DNA of 64,000 nt from Octopus vulgaris (Eukaryota): contig OX597833.1 in assembly GCA_951406725.2 (NCBI GenBank), forward strand, positions 61,132,001 through 61,196,000, read 5' to 3'. A model generated the notes under the pieces. The model was not told where the DNA came from. It did no database searches and saw only the letters and a program-made list of their open reading frames with translations. The position numbers and the translations under genes were made by a program. Shown here one piece after another: positions 13,381 through 27,594 of the stretch (position 1 is its first letter; the number at the start of each line of letters is the position of its first letter).

Positions 13381-13625
13381 GACAATGTACTCTTACTCTT
13401 TCTGCTCTTTTACTTGTTTCAGTCATGTGACTGTGGCCATGCTGGAGTACTGCCTTTAGTCGAGCAAATCGACCCCAGGACTTATTCTTTGTAAGCCTAG
13501 TACTTATTCTATCGGTCTCTTTTGCCGAACCGCTAAGTGACGGGGATGCAAACACACCAGCATCGGTTGTCAAGCAATGTTAGGGGAACAAATACAGACA
13601 CACAAACATATACACACTCACATAC

Positions 13626-13691
<66 letters not shown>

Positions 13692-13749
13692 GGTGCCTCA
13701 GCATATATACAGCTCATAAGCTGAAACTAGAATCAATCAATCAATCAAT

Positions 13750-13798
<49 letters not shown>

Positions 13799-15259
13799 TA
13801 TGACAGGCTTCTTTCAATTTCCGTCTACCAAATCCACTCACAAGGCTTTGGTCGGCCCGAGGCTATAGTAGAAGACACTTGCCCAAGGTGCCACGCAGTG
13901 GGACTGAACCCGGAACCATGTGGTTGGTAAGCAAGCTACTTACCACACAGCCACTCCTACGCCTATGTAGTGCAATGTCTTTGTCATCCATGCCAACCTT
14001 CTGCTTCCCACCCTTTTCTTTCCAGGTCACCCCAAATCAGTTTTGCAGCTCTACTTTACCACATAATCTAGTTCTGGGTATTCTGCAGCAGTTTGTTCTC
14101 TCTCCTCTGCAGTTTTTGCCCTGATATTTAATAAACGGAGTAAATAGGAAGTTGACCAGATTAACAATGAGAAGTCTGTGTGGAGTTACCAAACTGAGAT
14201 GAATGTTTGAGATTAGTCATTCTTCATTCATCATATGTTTATTATTAAAAATTGTATTGGACATAATCATGTGGTGAGGTACGACAGAGAAGCATAAGAA
14301 AGTTCTTTCAGGGCATAGTTTGGTTACACAGATCCTGTAGTTCTGTACGCTAAATGTATGCTCCAGCATGGCCACAGCCTTAGGGTTGAAATGTATAAAA
14401 GAATGTGTATATATATCATCATCATCATTGTTTAATGTCCGTTTTCCATGCTGGCATGGGTTGGATGGTTCGACTGGGGTCTGGGAAGCCAGGAGGCTGC
14501 ACCAGATCCCAATCTGATCTAGCAGTGTTTCTACAACTGGATGCCCTTCCTAATGCCAACCACTCTGAGAGTGTAGCGGGTGCTTTTTGTGTTCCACCGG
14601 CACAAGGGGCCAGAGGAGGCTGGCATCAACCACAATCAGATGGTGCTTTTAACATGCCACCGGCATGGAAGCCAGTCAAGGCGGCACTGCCATTGGTCAC
14701 ATTCGAATGGGGCTTTTTACGTGCTACCGACACAGGGGTCACAACTACAATATTCATTTGATTTGATTTTGATATTGCTGATGTTGATGTACTTGACTCA
14801 ATAGATCTCCTCAAATACAGCAGGCTACCCTACGATCCAAGGTACTTTTGAGTGGGCTGGTTATGCGACACTGGTGTAGGTTACAGCTGTGTACTCACTT
14901 TATTTGCCAGGTCTTCTCAGTCACAGCATACCTCCAGAGGTCTCGGTCTTTTGTCATTGCCTTTGTGAGGCCCAACATTCGATGGTCATACTTCACCACC
15001 TCATCCCATGTCTTCCTGGGTCTCCCTCTACTCTGAATTCCTAGTCTTCTAAGTGATGATAGCCTCATAAATAGTCCCCACTCTACCCATTAAGAAAGCC
15101 CTTCCCTTTTGTTGCCTGTTTGCCATCCATCTCCACACAGTATACTCTTGGCCAATCCCCTCCAAATATCACCCCATTTCTTTTCTCCATCACCCCTCCC
15201 CCCACACACACACACACATGAATACATGCATACCAAGTTCAAAAATACTTCTGGTTACT

Positions 15260-16036
15260 TCAAACAAACAAGACCACTGGCCCTAACAGTGTCCCTTTCA
15301 TTACACTCAAATGTTGTATCCCATAACTCACTGCTATACTGAGCAAGTTCTTCAACCTCTTACTATGGTGATATTTCCTGGTATTTGGAAGCACTCCCTA
15401 AACTGGCTCATGTCAAAGAAAGGCAGTCCCTCTGACCTTACCATCTATCACTTCAATGCATTTATCTCTAATACCTCTAGTCCAGCCACTCTACCCCTGC
15501 CCTTTATACCTCCATGTCTGTTTTGTAGTCTACTGTCCCCTTTTGTAGTCCAGTTCTTTCTTTTGTAGTCCACTTCCCCCTTTTGTAGTTCACTGCCCTA
15601 TTTTGTAATCCAGTGTCCTCTTTTGTAGTCCACTGCCCCTTTTGTAGTTCACTGCCCTATTTTGTAATCCAGTGTCCCCTTTTGTAGTCCACTGCCCCTT
15701 TTGTAGTTCACTGCCCTATTTTGTAATCCAGTGCCCCCTTTTGTAGTCCACTGCCCCTTTTGTAGTTCACTGCCCCTTTTGTAGTTCACTGCCCCTTTTG
15801 TAGTTCACTGCCCTATTTTGTAATCCAGTGTCCCCTTTTGTAGTCCACTGCCCCTTTTGTAGTACACTGCCCTGTTTTGTAATCCAGTGTCCCCTTTTGT
15901 AGTCTACTGCCCCTTTTGTAGTTCACTGCCCTATTTTGTAATCCACTGTCCCTTTTGTAGTTCACTGCCCTACTTTGTAATCTAGTGTCCCCTTTTGTAG
16001 TCCACTGCATTAACAATGGTAGTCTCCAACACTTTG

Positions 16037-16084
<48 letters not shown>

Positions 16085-16330
16085 TCTCACTCCTTATTAT
16101 TCACCACCAGTAGTACAGCTTCAGCAGAGCCAGATCTACTGGTGACCTACTCTCTTACGTCATTCACCAGTGGGCTTTCACTTTAGAGAAGCCCAGAGAA
16201 GGCAATGGTGTTGTAGATGTCAGCAAAGCTTTCAACCATGGCCTGCCTGGTATGCAAATCTCTTATCAAAACATCTCACTCTCAGGTTTCACCCATCTCT
16301 CATATCATAGGTCAATAGTTTATTATATGA
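15260..16330 (+). mobile_element. Jockey/CR1-type LINE RT relic split by a minisatellite (15479-16008) and (CT)n
   Basis: TGPNSVP...IFPGIWKHS...KKGSPSDLTIY before the array; YSFSRARSTGDLLSYVIHQW...DVSKAFN after it. Confidence 0.75.
15479..16008 (+). repeat. About 20-bp minisatellite (ttttgtagtccactgcccc)
   Basis: Direct tandem units visible. Confidence 0.9.
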
Positions 16331-16747
16331 TTGCACCATTGCAGCATGTGTTGACACAGTTCTTTCTGCCCCACTTTCATTCAAACCTGGTGTTCTCCAG
16401 AGTTCTGTTTTGTCCCCGACACCTTTTCTTTTATACAATGGGGAATGTGAGCAGGTGGAAAATATCAAGTTGGTGCTGGGTTTTTGAAGAGATTGTGATT
16501 TTTTTAAGTATTCAAACCAAGTATAATATATTTTAAACTTATTTTTCAAACCACCAAACATAAAAGCCTGTCTTTGTTGCAATTAGGACATTGGGTTATT
16601 AGTAAGCAAAAACATTAATTATAAACTGCTGAGAAAAATTATCTTATATCAGATTAAAATTATCTGCTGTTGAGTTTTACTTTTTTTTTTAATTTTTGCA
16701 AAACATGAGAAAAGGTGTTTATAAAATACTGTTGTGTGAAATGAGGT

Positions 16748-17720
16748 CACTGAACTACAATGGGGGTACTGAATTATAAAAAAAGTAGCCGTGGACTACA
16801 AGAGGGTGTTGTACTTCAAAAGAGGGTACTGAACTATAAAGGAAAGTAGGGGACCAGAAAAAGGGACAGTGGACTACAAAAGAAAGCTATGGACTACAAA
16901 AGGAGGTGCTGGATTACAAAAGGGGCAGTGGACTACAAAAGGGGACACTCAATTACAAAAGAGGGAACTGGACTGCAAAAGGGAGCAGTGGGCTACAAAA
17001 CAAACATGAAGGTATAAAGGGCAGGGATGGAGTGGCTAGATTACAAATGGAAGGCAGTGGACTACAAAAGAAAGGTGTGGACTACAAAAGGGGGAAGTGA
17101 ACTACAAAAGGAGGTGTTGGATTACAAAATAGGGCAGTGAACTACAAAAGGGGGAAGTGGACTACAAAAGAAAGAACTGAACTACAAAAGGGGGCAGTAG
17201 ACTACAAAACAGACATGGAGGTATAAAGGGCAGGGATGGAGTGGCTGGACTACAAATGGATAGCAGTGGACTACAAAAAGGGGCAGTGGACTACAAAAGA
17301 AGCCTATGGACTACAAAAGGGGGCAGTAGATTACAAAAAGGGCAGTGGACTACAAAAGGGGACACTGGATTACAAAAGAGGGAACTAGACTGCAAAAGGG
17401 AGTAGTGGGTTACAAAACAGACATGGAGGTATAAAGGGCAGGGATGGAGTGGCTAGATTACAAATGGAAGGCAGTGGACTACAGAAGGGGGCAGTGAATA
17501 ACAAAAGAAGGGTGTGGATTATGAAAGGGGGTGGTGGGCTACAAAAGGAGGTGCTGGAATACGAAATAGGGCAGTGAACTACAAAAGAAGGCTATGGACT
17601 ACAAAAGAAAGAACTGGACTACAAAAGGGGGCAGTGGACTACAAAACAAACATGGCAGTATAAAGGGCATGGATGGAGTGGCTGGACTACAAATGGATGA
17701 GAATGACTGAACTACAACAA
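16748..17720 (-). repeat. Same about 20-bp minisatellite in opposite orientation, with higher-order blocks
   Basis: ggactacaaaagggggcagt units; recurring catggaggtataaagggcagggatggagtggct spacer. Confidence 0.9.
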
Positions 17721-19351
17721 CGGGAAGAACAATTACAGCAACATGTTTTGCATGATACAATGGGGACGTAATACCAGAAAGCAAAGCCCTGTCATATATA
17801 CTTGTATGATCCCTTACTTGAAAATCTCCCTTGACTCTCAGCTCCCTTATGTTAACCCTTAGAACAACATGTCAAAACATTGGGGTTTTTTTCTCTTTAT
17901 TGTTTAGTTGTGATCAATACTTAGAAGGTTCATTGAAAGTTAAAGCTCAACAAAATTAATATGTTGGGTTTAAAAGAAATGGCCATCTCAGACTTATAAA
18001 GGGTCTGTCTACATTGGATCAAAGGATGGGAAAATTATTTAGAGGAAGTTCCATGAGAAATTTCAAAGTAAAAGGTTCAACTCTCACAGCAAGATGAGCT
18101 TTCAACTTCAGTTCTCATTTGTGGCATGCGTTTAGTTCATGGAGGAGTAGCATGGCTGTGTAGGTAATGTGCTGCACTATATATATAAATATATATAAAA
18201 TGAGATAGGGGTTGAAAATTCAACCCACCATGGGATAATATTATATATATATATATATATCATCATCATCGTTTAACGTCTGTTTTCCATGCTAGCATAA
18301 GTTGGACGGTTTGACCGGGGTCTGGGAAGCCAGGAGGCTGCACCAGGCTCCAGTCTGATCTGACAGTGTTTCTACAGCTGGATGCCCTTCCTAACGCCAA
18401 CCACTCCGGATTAAGTCGATTACATCGATCCCAGTGCGTAACTGGTACTTAATTTATCGACCCCGAAAGGATAAAAGGCAAAGTCGACCTCGGCAGAATT
18501 TGAACTCAGAACGTAACTGCAGACGAAATACAGCTTCGCATTTCACCCGGCATGCTAACGTTTCTGCCAGCTCACCGCCTTTATATATATATCATCATCA
18601 TCATTGTTTAACGTCCATTTTCCATGCTAGCATGGGTTGGACGGTTCGACCGGTGATCTGGGAAGCCAGGAAGCTGCACCAGGCTCCAGTCTGATCTGGC
18701 AGTGTTTCTACAGCTGGATGCCCTTCCTAACGCCAACCACTCTGTGAGTGTAGTGGGTGCTTTTTACATGCCACCGGCACAGGGGCCAGAGGAGGCTGGC
18801 AAACTTGACACAGTAGGTCTCCTCAAGCACAGCAGGCTGTCCTGCAAGCCATGAACTCACTTCATAAAAAAAAAATATTAGAACAGTAATAAACGAGTGA
18901 AGAACAAATATATAGTGTGTATGTTTATCTGGCAAAAAAAGAAGAAATAAATGACCATCCCGAAATACAACAACAGAGAGGTACTAATCTATCTTTATTC
19001 AAATACAGTGAATGGAACTTGAGTGGAGGTGTGGTGGATGTTAGGAGGCTTAGGAAGGCGGTGATAAGTGTTGGTACTTTGAGACAGGTGAAGTTAAACT
19101 TTATCTAAATTATCTTTTCTATTGCCCTATTGAAAATAATACCCAATGATATCCTGTTTATGACTCAGGTTAACAAGTAGAGTTCCCTCATTTCCAACAT
19201 CAGTTGAGATTGGACTGTAGGGAACTCCAGGAGTTTCTATCTGTATTTCGAGCAAACACAGGCTGTTTTGTCTCCCTTTTCACATATATTATGTCATTCT
19301 AGAGTACACATGCATATACACAAACAAACACACAACATATATATACATATG

Positions 19352-19395
<44 letters not shown>

Positions 19396-20532
19396 ATATT
19401 TACATACACACACACTGATACACCCATTGACACACACACACATATGACATATATATACATATGTATGTGAAGGCGCATGGCTCACTGGTTAGAGCGTTGA
19501 GCTTATGATTGTGAGGTTGTGAGCTCGAATCCCAGGCCGAGCTACATGTTGTGTCCTTGAGCAAGACACTTTATTTCACGTTGCTCCAATCCACTCAGCT
19601 GTAGAAATGAGTTGCAACGTGACAGGTGCCAAGCTGTATTGGCCCCTTTGCCTTTCCCTTGGATAACATCGCTGGCAAGGAAAGCGGAGGCTGGTATGCA
19701 TGGGCGACTGCTGGTCTTCCATAAAACAACCTTGCCCAGACTTGTGTCTGGGAGGGTAACTTTCTAGATGCAATCCCACGGTCTGTGTTGTGACTGAAAG
19801 GGGTCTCAGCACAAATATATATATATTATATATCTACACACATACACATGTAATGTCTGTCCACCTGTGGCCAAGGAAGACCATCAATGACCATCGTCCA
19901 TGCAAAATGCCAGCAATGCCTATGCATGAGGTTATTGCACCAGCAGCCAGCTCACCCATGCTTGCCACAGCATCCTCCTTCACAACTGAGCATTGGAAAT
20001 TCATTACTGAGTGCATAACCTAAAATTTCAAGTTCAATAGGGCTTGTATAACATCCCACAGATCCTCTCCACCTTACTGATATGATACAAAGGAAAACCC
20101 AGGGCAAGATATCCAGTGTCAATATGAGTCAGAGGTTTGAGAATATGGGAGTGTTATGATCTCAAGTGAAAGCAAAAAATCCCCCAAAATGTTCAATGCC
20201 ACTCCCTGCATATCTGGTTTTATATCAGAGTGACCTTTGACAAAAGCTGAGGTGTGCCTCATTCCTAGTGGTCTTCCAGCATGCCATCCCAGAATTTCTA
20301 ACAGACTGTAATACTCTTTACTCTTTACTCTTCTACTTGTTTCACTCATTTGACTGTGGCCATGCTGGAGCACCACCTTTAGTCGAGCTAATCGACCCCA
20401 GGACTTACTCTTTGTAAGCCCAGTATTTATTCTATCGGTCTCTTTTGCCGAACCGCTAAGTGACAGGGACGTAAACACACCAGCATTGGTTGTCATGCGA
20501 TGTTGGGGGGACAAACACAGACACACAAACAT

Positions 20533-20563
<31 letters not shown>

Positions 20564-22270
20564 CATATATACGACGGGCTTCTTCCAGTTTCCGTCTACC
20601 AAATCCACTCACAAGGCTTTGGTCGGCCCGAGGCTATAGTAGAAGACACTTGCCCAAGATGCCACGCAGTGGGACTGAACCCGGAACCATGTGGTTGGTA
20701 AGCAAGCTACTTACCACATGATATTTGTTGAACCTACACTAGCTGCATCTGTCCTTTTGACAGGTCCGTTTTTAGTCCTGTTGGGTCGTTAGCAACCCTC
20801 CTTACCAGGCTAGCTTAGCGAAAGTGTCAGTTTAGTAACCAATAACCTGACCGTGCAATACGTTGTACTGGATGCCGTGTTACTGGTAGCAGTCATGAGA
20901 AACCTCATGAGTGACTTCTGTGTATGTGTGTGTGTATATGCACATGTGGAGGCTCAATAGCCCAGTGGTTAGGGCAGCTGACTTGCGGTCGCAGGACTGC
21001 AGTTTCAATTCTCAGACCAGATGTTGTAAGTGTTTATTGAGCGAAAACACCTAAAGCTCCATGAAGCTTTGGCAGGGGGTGGTGGCGAAACCTGCTGTAC
21101 TCTAGTGACGGAAGCAGTAGTTATGCTTTTTAGCTCTGTACATCTACACGAGAAGCTACAGTATTCAAGGCGAACACGGCAGTTTTGTAGCTTTCTATAG
21201 TATGTCCATGTTTAGTCAACCTCAGCGGAATTTGAACCCAGAACATAATGTCGTTTAGATTACGTTCTGGGTTCAAATTCTGCCGAGGTCGACTTTGTCT
21301 TTCATCCTTTCAGGGTCGATAAATTAAGTACCAGTTACGCACTGGGGTCGATGTAATCCGTTTGTCGTCCTTGTTTGTCCCCTCTGTGTTTAGCCCCTTG
21401 TGGGTAGTAAAGAAATATATCACCGTGATCACTGTGACCGACCAGGCTATCAGATGTTGTTACACATCGCTGGTCACAATGCGTTTCGCATTGCTTTAGG
21501 CTTCAAATGACGCCACCCTCGCTGGCTAAGCGAGCAGGCCAACAGAAGAAAGAATGAGAGGAAGTTTGGGCGAAAGCGTGCAGCAGGGATCGCGACCACC
21601 CACTACCGGAACCTCGTGGAGCTTTAGGTGTTTTTCGCTCAATAAACACTCACAACGCCCGGTCTGGGAATCGAAACCACGATCCTACGACCGCGAGTCC
21701 CCTGCCCTAACCACTGGGCCATTGCGCCTCCATAGTAAAGAAATATACACAGAATGCTATTCTGACAAATATATATTTCTTTACTGCTCACAAGGGGCTA
21801 AACATAGAGGGGGACAAACAAGGACAGAAAAAACGGATTAAGCCGATTACATCGACTCCAGTGCGAAACTGGTACTTTATTTATCGACTCCAAAAACGAT
21901 GAAAGGCAAAGTCGGCCTCGGCGGAATTTTATTCTAACAAATATAATGATTGGTACAGAGGTTGGTTTCACCGAGATAGAACCGAGTCAAGGGAGATAAT
22001 CTAATTCCGAATTACCTCCCCTGATAGATTAAGCTTTCTTCCTCACAAACAAGCCAGGACAGGATTGTTGTGCGAGGTTGTTGTGTTTACCGAATCAATT
22101 CTCCCTTAGAAACACCCTGAAGCGACACTTGCCGTCTTAGCCGATAATCAGTCGACTCGCCTGAACAACCAACCAGCTTTATTTAGTAACATTCGCGTCT
22201 CCATAACCTCTTATTTCCCAGCAAATCCTATTTATTCGACCCCAGAAACCCGTCATTGATACAAGAAAGC

Positions 22271-22390
22271 ATGGCTGACGTCAGTAGTGATTACATCGCC
22301 ACAAATACTGCCTTCGCTTCGGATGGGAATAACTCGGCAAATGCTGCCACTTCTTCAGATCCAAAGAACGTACAGGATTTGACGAATTAC
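22271..22390 (+). CDS. HSBP1: Heat shock factor-binding protein 1, coding exon 1 (MADVSSDYIATNTAFASDGNNSANAATSSDPKNVQDLTNY)
   Basis: ATG at 22271 in a locally CpG-rich, repeat-free region; 120 nt followed by a phase-0 GTAAGT donor at 22391; DPKNVQDLT matches the HSBP1 N-terminal motif (human DPKTVQDLT). Confidence 0.93.
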
Positions 22391-23778
22391 GTAAGTATTA
22401 CATACTTTTTTTTCTTCTTCTCTTATCCATATAATAATGCTCCAAAATACACAAGAACCGACCAACTTTACTTTCAGTCTAGTTTCACCATCCACTTCAC
22501 GCACCGACACGCAACTAATTAATCTGATTAAGCCAAAGATGGAACCACTTCTCTATATGGTCTTTCCTGCTCTGTTATTATCCTTCCATTCACATTTACG
22601 ACGCTTTGTGCCAATACTAAATCGACTTCTTGCTATTCGACTACTCTATTATTTTATCAACCCCGGAAACATAAAAAAGGGAAGTTCACCCTATATGGGA
22701 TTTGAACTCGGTACGTAAAGGATCGTAGCTAAACTACACAAAGCGTTTTCTCTGATACCTTCAGCGATTCTCGTATTGCACCGCTTATTAACCGACTAGA
22801 AATAGATACCAAAACTCCCTGTAAATTGTAATAGGCACCGTTTTGGAAAAAGCTTACGTATAGGGTGACATAAAACTTAGATTATCTGAAAAAAAGACGG
22901 TGTGGTCACGGCTGGAATGGCTGTGGTCGTCACAAGTTTGTTTACTCCATTGGAGCTAACAACCTAGGGTCGAACCACAATAATATTTAAATAGTTAATT
23001 GGAAAGTTGAACTTCATGTAGTGAGCCAAAAAAAAAATTAATTATCATTACGTCCGTACTTAATAGTAAACTCGTTAGTTTTGATAATTAACACTAACCT
23101 TTTTACTACCTTACTTAGTACTTGGGTACTTGGTTTCCATTTTTTTAGAAACTTGGTGTGGAATATTTTACTGAAAGTCATTTTGTCACCTTTGAAAGGA
23201 CAAAACAAACGAAATTCGCTCATCTTGAGTCGAAGTTTACGAAGTCTAAAATGTTTATCAGTAAAAACAGCTCCGTCTTGTATAATTCTTCACTAAAACT
23301 TCTTCTACTATTTCTAAGCGCTTACTGGAATCAGTGTCGACTACAAATAAACCATTTAAGGCGAGTCTTTGACTCGTGTAACGTTTTTCAAAATGAAAAT
23401 AGCTCCGGTTCAAAGATATTGTTTTAAAAGCATGTCAACCTTACCTTCAAATAATCTATCATAGAAACCCTTAACAACCAAAAGATAAACTCCGAGTCGG
23501 GAGTAACAACTGAAACAGACTCAGCTTTGAATAGTTATTGTTCCGGTCTAACTAAATAAACAATACGGAGGGAGTACTTGCTTTCGCTTAATTTTAACCC
23601 ACGCCAAGGAAAAATTACCATACACCATATATATATATATATATAAGATTAATCAGCCGAAATTGCTAGGATGATCCGGTTCTTGACTGAAGATTGAAGG
23701 CTTCGAATGTCCCGTCCGTGTTTTTTGTATCGTCTTCTAAATGTTTTACGTTCTTGTCCCAGTTTGTATTTTTCTACA

Positions 23779-23824
<46 letters not shown>

Positions 23825-25211
23825 CTGATATATATATATATATTTGCTGAATGTATATATATATACGTTCAGCAAAAATTTTGATTCAAATGAATATGGT
23901 ACTTAATTTAGATGCACCAGAATTCTGTATGGTGTTATCCATAAAAATCCGTGGGGTGATTATAATGAAAATAAGCAACAAGAATGACTCCGGTAATCAT
24001 TCTTGTTGCTTATTTTGAGTATATATATATATATATATATGTATATGTATATATATGTATGTATGTATGCCTATGTGTGTGTGAATGTTTTTATCTTAGG
24101 TGAAAATGAAACCAACTTTACATTAATCTGAGGGGTTACTGTATACTTTTGTAGAGTACAAGTTTATTTTTTGAACGAGAATATTGTTCACACTGGCTCC
24201 GAAGTTTCGGCCAGCTAAACAGTCTCACAATGGCCTTAATTGGTCGAAACTTCGAAGTCGCTGTCAATATTCCTGCATAGGAATATGTGTGTGTGCATAC
24301 ACACATGCAATATGGCCATGCTGTGACACCCTATTCAAACATTTTAGTCACATCAACGCCTACCCTTCCACAGTTTATTACAGATAGACGTTTTCCTCTT
24401 ATTATTTGCAACGAACTGTAATTTTATATTTTACAGATAATCTTGTGATTTGTTCCAATCTTTCCTTGTCCTCACTGCATCTATATTCTCTTAATTTCTC
24501 ACAAACAACATCCTGTCACTTAGTCTCACCCCACCCCGTCTCTAGGAAGTTAGAACTGAATAATGGACAGTTGTAGACAAAAGCTTTGTATATTCCTGTA
24601 AAGCAGCAAAAATGTAGGCGCAGGAGTGGCTGTGTGGTAAGTCCCACTGCGTGGCACCTTGGGCAAGTGTCTTCTGCTATAGTCCCGGGCCGACCAAAGC
24701 CTTGTGAGTGGATTTGGTAGACGGAAACTGAAAGAAGCCCGTCGTATATATGTATACATATATATGTGTTTGTGTATCTGTGTTTGCTTGACAACCGATG
24801 CTGGTGTGTTTATGTCCCGGCAAATGAGACTGGGCTTACAAAGGAATAAGTCGAGTTGCTTGATTAAAGGTGGTGCTCCAGCATGGCCACAGTCAAATGA
24901 CTAAAACGAGTAAAGAGTATGTGAATGGAATTATGGAAGTCGTTAATCTGCTATTTAACTGATATTATTTAAAATTCTGTCCAAGTCGACGTTATTTCTC
25001 ATCTCACCTCAGATTTCAAAGTACCATTGGAATCAGCTAAAAATTCTCCCTCCTAACTGCATAGCCTTATATGTAATGTAAGAAGTTGCTACTGTAATCA
25101 TCATCGTCATCTGACATCCATTTTGCATGCTGGCATGGGTTGGATGATTTGACAGGAGCTGGCCAACCAGAGAGTCGCACCAAGCTCCAGTTGTCTGTTT
25201 CAGTATGGCTC

Positions 25212-25648
25212 TTACAGCTGGATGCCCTTCCAAATGCCAACCACTACATATTGTGGACTGGATGCTTTTTTATGTGGCATCAGCTCAGGTGAGGTCAGTT
25301 TAAGCATGGTTTTTACAGCTGGATGCCCTTCCAAATGCCAACCACTACATATTGTGGACTGGATGCTTTTTTATGTGGCATCAGCTCAGGTGAGGTCAGT
25401 TTAAGCATGGCTTTTACAGCTGGATGCCCTTCCAAATGCCAACCACTACATATTGTGGACTGGATGCTTTTTTATGTGGCATCAGCTCAGGTGAGGTCAG
25501 TTTAAGCATGGCTTTTACAGCTGGATGCCCTTCCAAATGCCAACCACTACATATTGTGGACTGGATGCTTTTTTATGTGGCATCAGCTCAGGTGAGGTCA
25601 GTTTAAGCATGGCTTTTACAGCTGGATGCCCTTCCTAATGCCAACCAC
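25212..25648. repeat. 101-bp tandem repeat, about 4.3 near-identical copies, derived from SINE family C
   Basis: Near-identical ORFs recur at 25222, 25323 and 25424. Confidence 0.9.
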
Positions 25649-27062
25649 TTTATAGAGTGGTGGGTGCCTTTTATGTGGAGCCAGCATGAGTGCTTTTTGC
25701 TTGGCACCAAAACAGGTGCTTATTATGTGGTACCAGCACTTAGTCTGAGGGTAGAGGTCAGGTTACAGTACCCAGCAAATTTTTTTAGCAGTCCCTATCT
25801 CCAAACTAGGATATCCAGACACTTTGGTACACAGTTAAAGTGTTTAGGCTAGGGGCTGAATTACTTTGCTCCCACAGGAAGAGTTACTTGTGGATAGACT
25901 GGTATCCTATCCATTGAGAGATAACACTGTATGACCCAGAGGTAAGTGTTGGTTCATTGAACTGTGGAAATCTGTGAAACAACCGTGACTCCTTAGACAG
26001 TAGTGATGTTGGATCTTCTGTTGGTTTTGACAATCAACATTTAGTTATTAATTAACATACAAATGGTTGAGTATCCCTAATATAATTTCCAGGTAGAGTC
26101 GATGTGTTACACTATGTGATGAGGCCTGACTTTTCAATATTACCTGTACGGGCCATTCAGTAGTCTTTCAGTGCCACTCACAAGGTTTGGGTCACCTTGA
26201 GACTGTGATTAAAAACACTCATCCAAAATGCCACAGTTATGTCAGGTGAATATAACGAAGAAGAGACAGCCTAGACTACAACTAAAATCCCAGAGTCTCA
26301 ATATCAAGTTTATCTAATTATAGACAGTGGCTAATTCCTGTAATAAACATTAAATCTTTCCAAAATTAACCCCAAATATTTTATTCTGACCCCTATACAT
26401 ATTTTCAGATTAATTTTAATTGCTTCTCATTTAGTTTTTATCTTTACTCATCAAACATTTACATCATAAAACAATGGGTGAAATATCTCAACAAATAAAG
26501 AATTTAAAAAAAAATTCTTCTATAAATTCCCTGAATTTTGATTCCAGTTGCAAATAATTAAGACTAACAAAACAGGTTCCATTCAAGTACTATAATGGTT
26601 TATATTTTTTCTCTTTTATTTAATTGCTCCTTTTTTGAGTTATTTTGATTCCATGGTGCTACAACAGAATGTAAAGAATTTCAGAGAAAAGGAATTGTCT
26701 GTGTAATAATGACCATTGTTCTGGCAATTGCTCCGTATCCCACAAACCAAATACTGTGTGTGTGTATGTGTATATTGACATAGGATGGTGTTGTTGTAAC
26801 ATGACATATGGTGTGAATTGGGCACTTTTTATCAGATGTCACAGAGGCCATCCTTCTCCAGCTAATTTCCTAATATATATATATACTTTGCTCCCACTAT
26901 ATATATATATATATATCAAAATAAGCAACAATAATGACTCCGGTAATTTGGTATGATCATTTCGTACTACATCATTTTATTAAATGTTGTAAGTATTACA
27001 ACAGTTTTAAAATGCTGAGCACTCATCAGCCAATTATAGAGGTTTTCCATTAATACAAAAAT

Positions 27063-27122
<60 letters not shown>

Positions 27123-27594
27123 TCACCACCACCACCACCATTGTTTTAAATATTCAGTTTTCCGTGTCTTCACTGGTCAGACAAAATTTGTTGAAGCAGA
27201 TTTTCTGTGGCCAGATGCCATTTCTGTCTTCAACACTCACCTGTTTCTAAGTAAGGTAACATTTTCCTTCGTCCTTTCACCACAACCAGTATAACAGCTG
27301 GACATGTTTTCACAGGAGATTGCAAACAAGCATCACCATTTGTGTGTCGAAGATAGTTGCTTACAACTAGTGCATGACGTCTAGGAAAGGGAAACGTGAA
27401 ACCTGAACACACTCATTCACACACACATCATCGTTATCATCATCAATTAGTGTCTGTTTTCTGTGCTGGCATGGGTTGGACAGTTTGACTGGAACTAGTA
27501 AACCGGACAGCAGCACCAGGCTCCAATCTTTGGTATGGCTTCTACAGCTGGGTGCCCTTTGTAATATCAAGCTCACTTATGCTCTGTCAGTGAG

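Noticed and set aside
15479-17720. CRISPR-like regular repeats, also at 42109-42438 and 57275-58165
   Set aside because: Contiguous tandem units without unique spacers, no cas genes, eukaryotic context.
21940-22270. Heat shock elements in the HSBP1 promoter
   Set aside because: No convincing array of three alternating nGAAn units seen.
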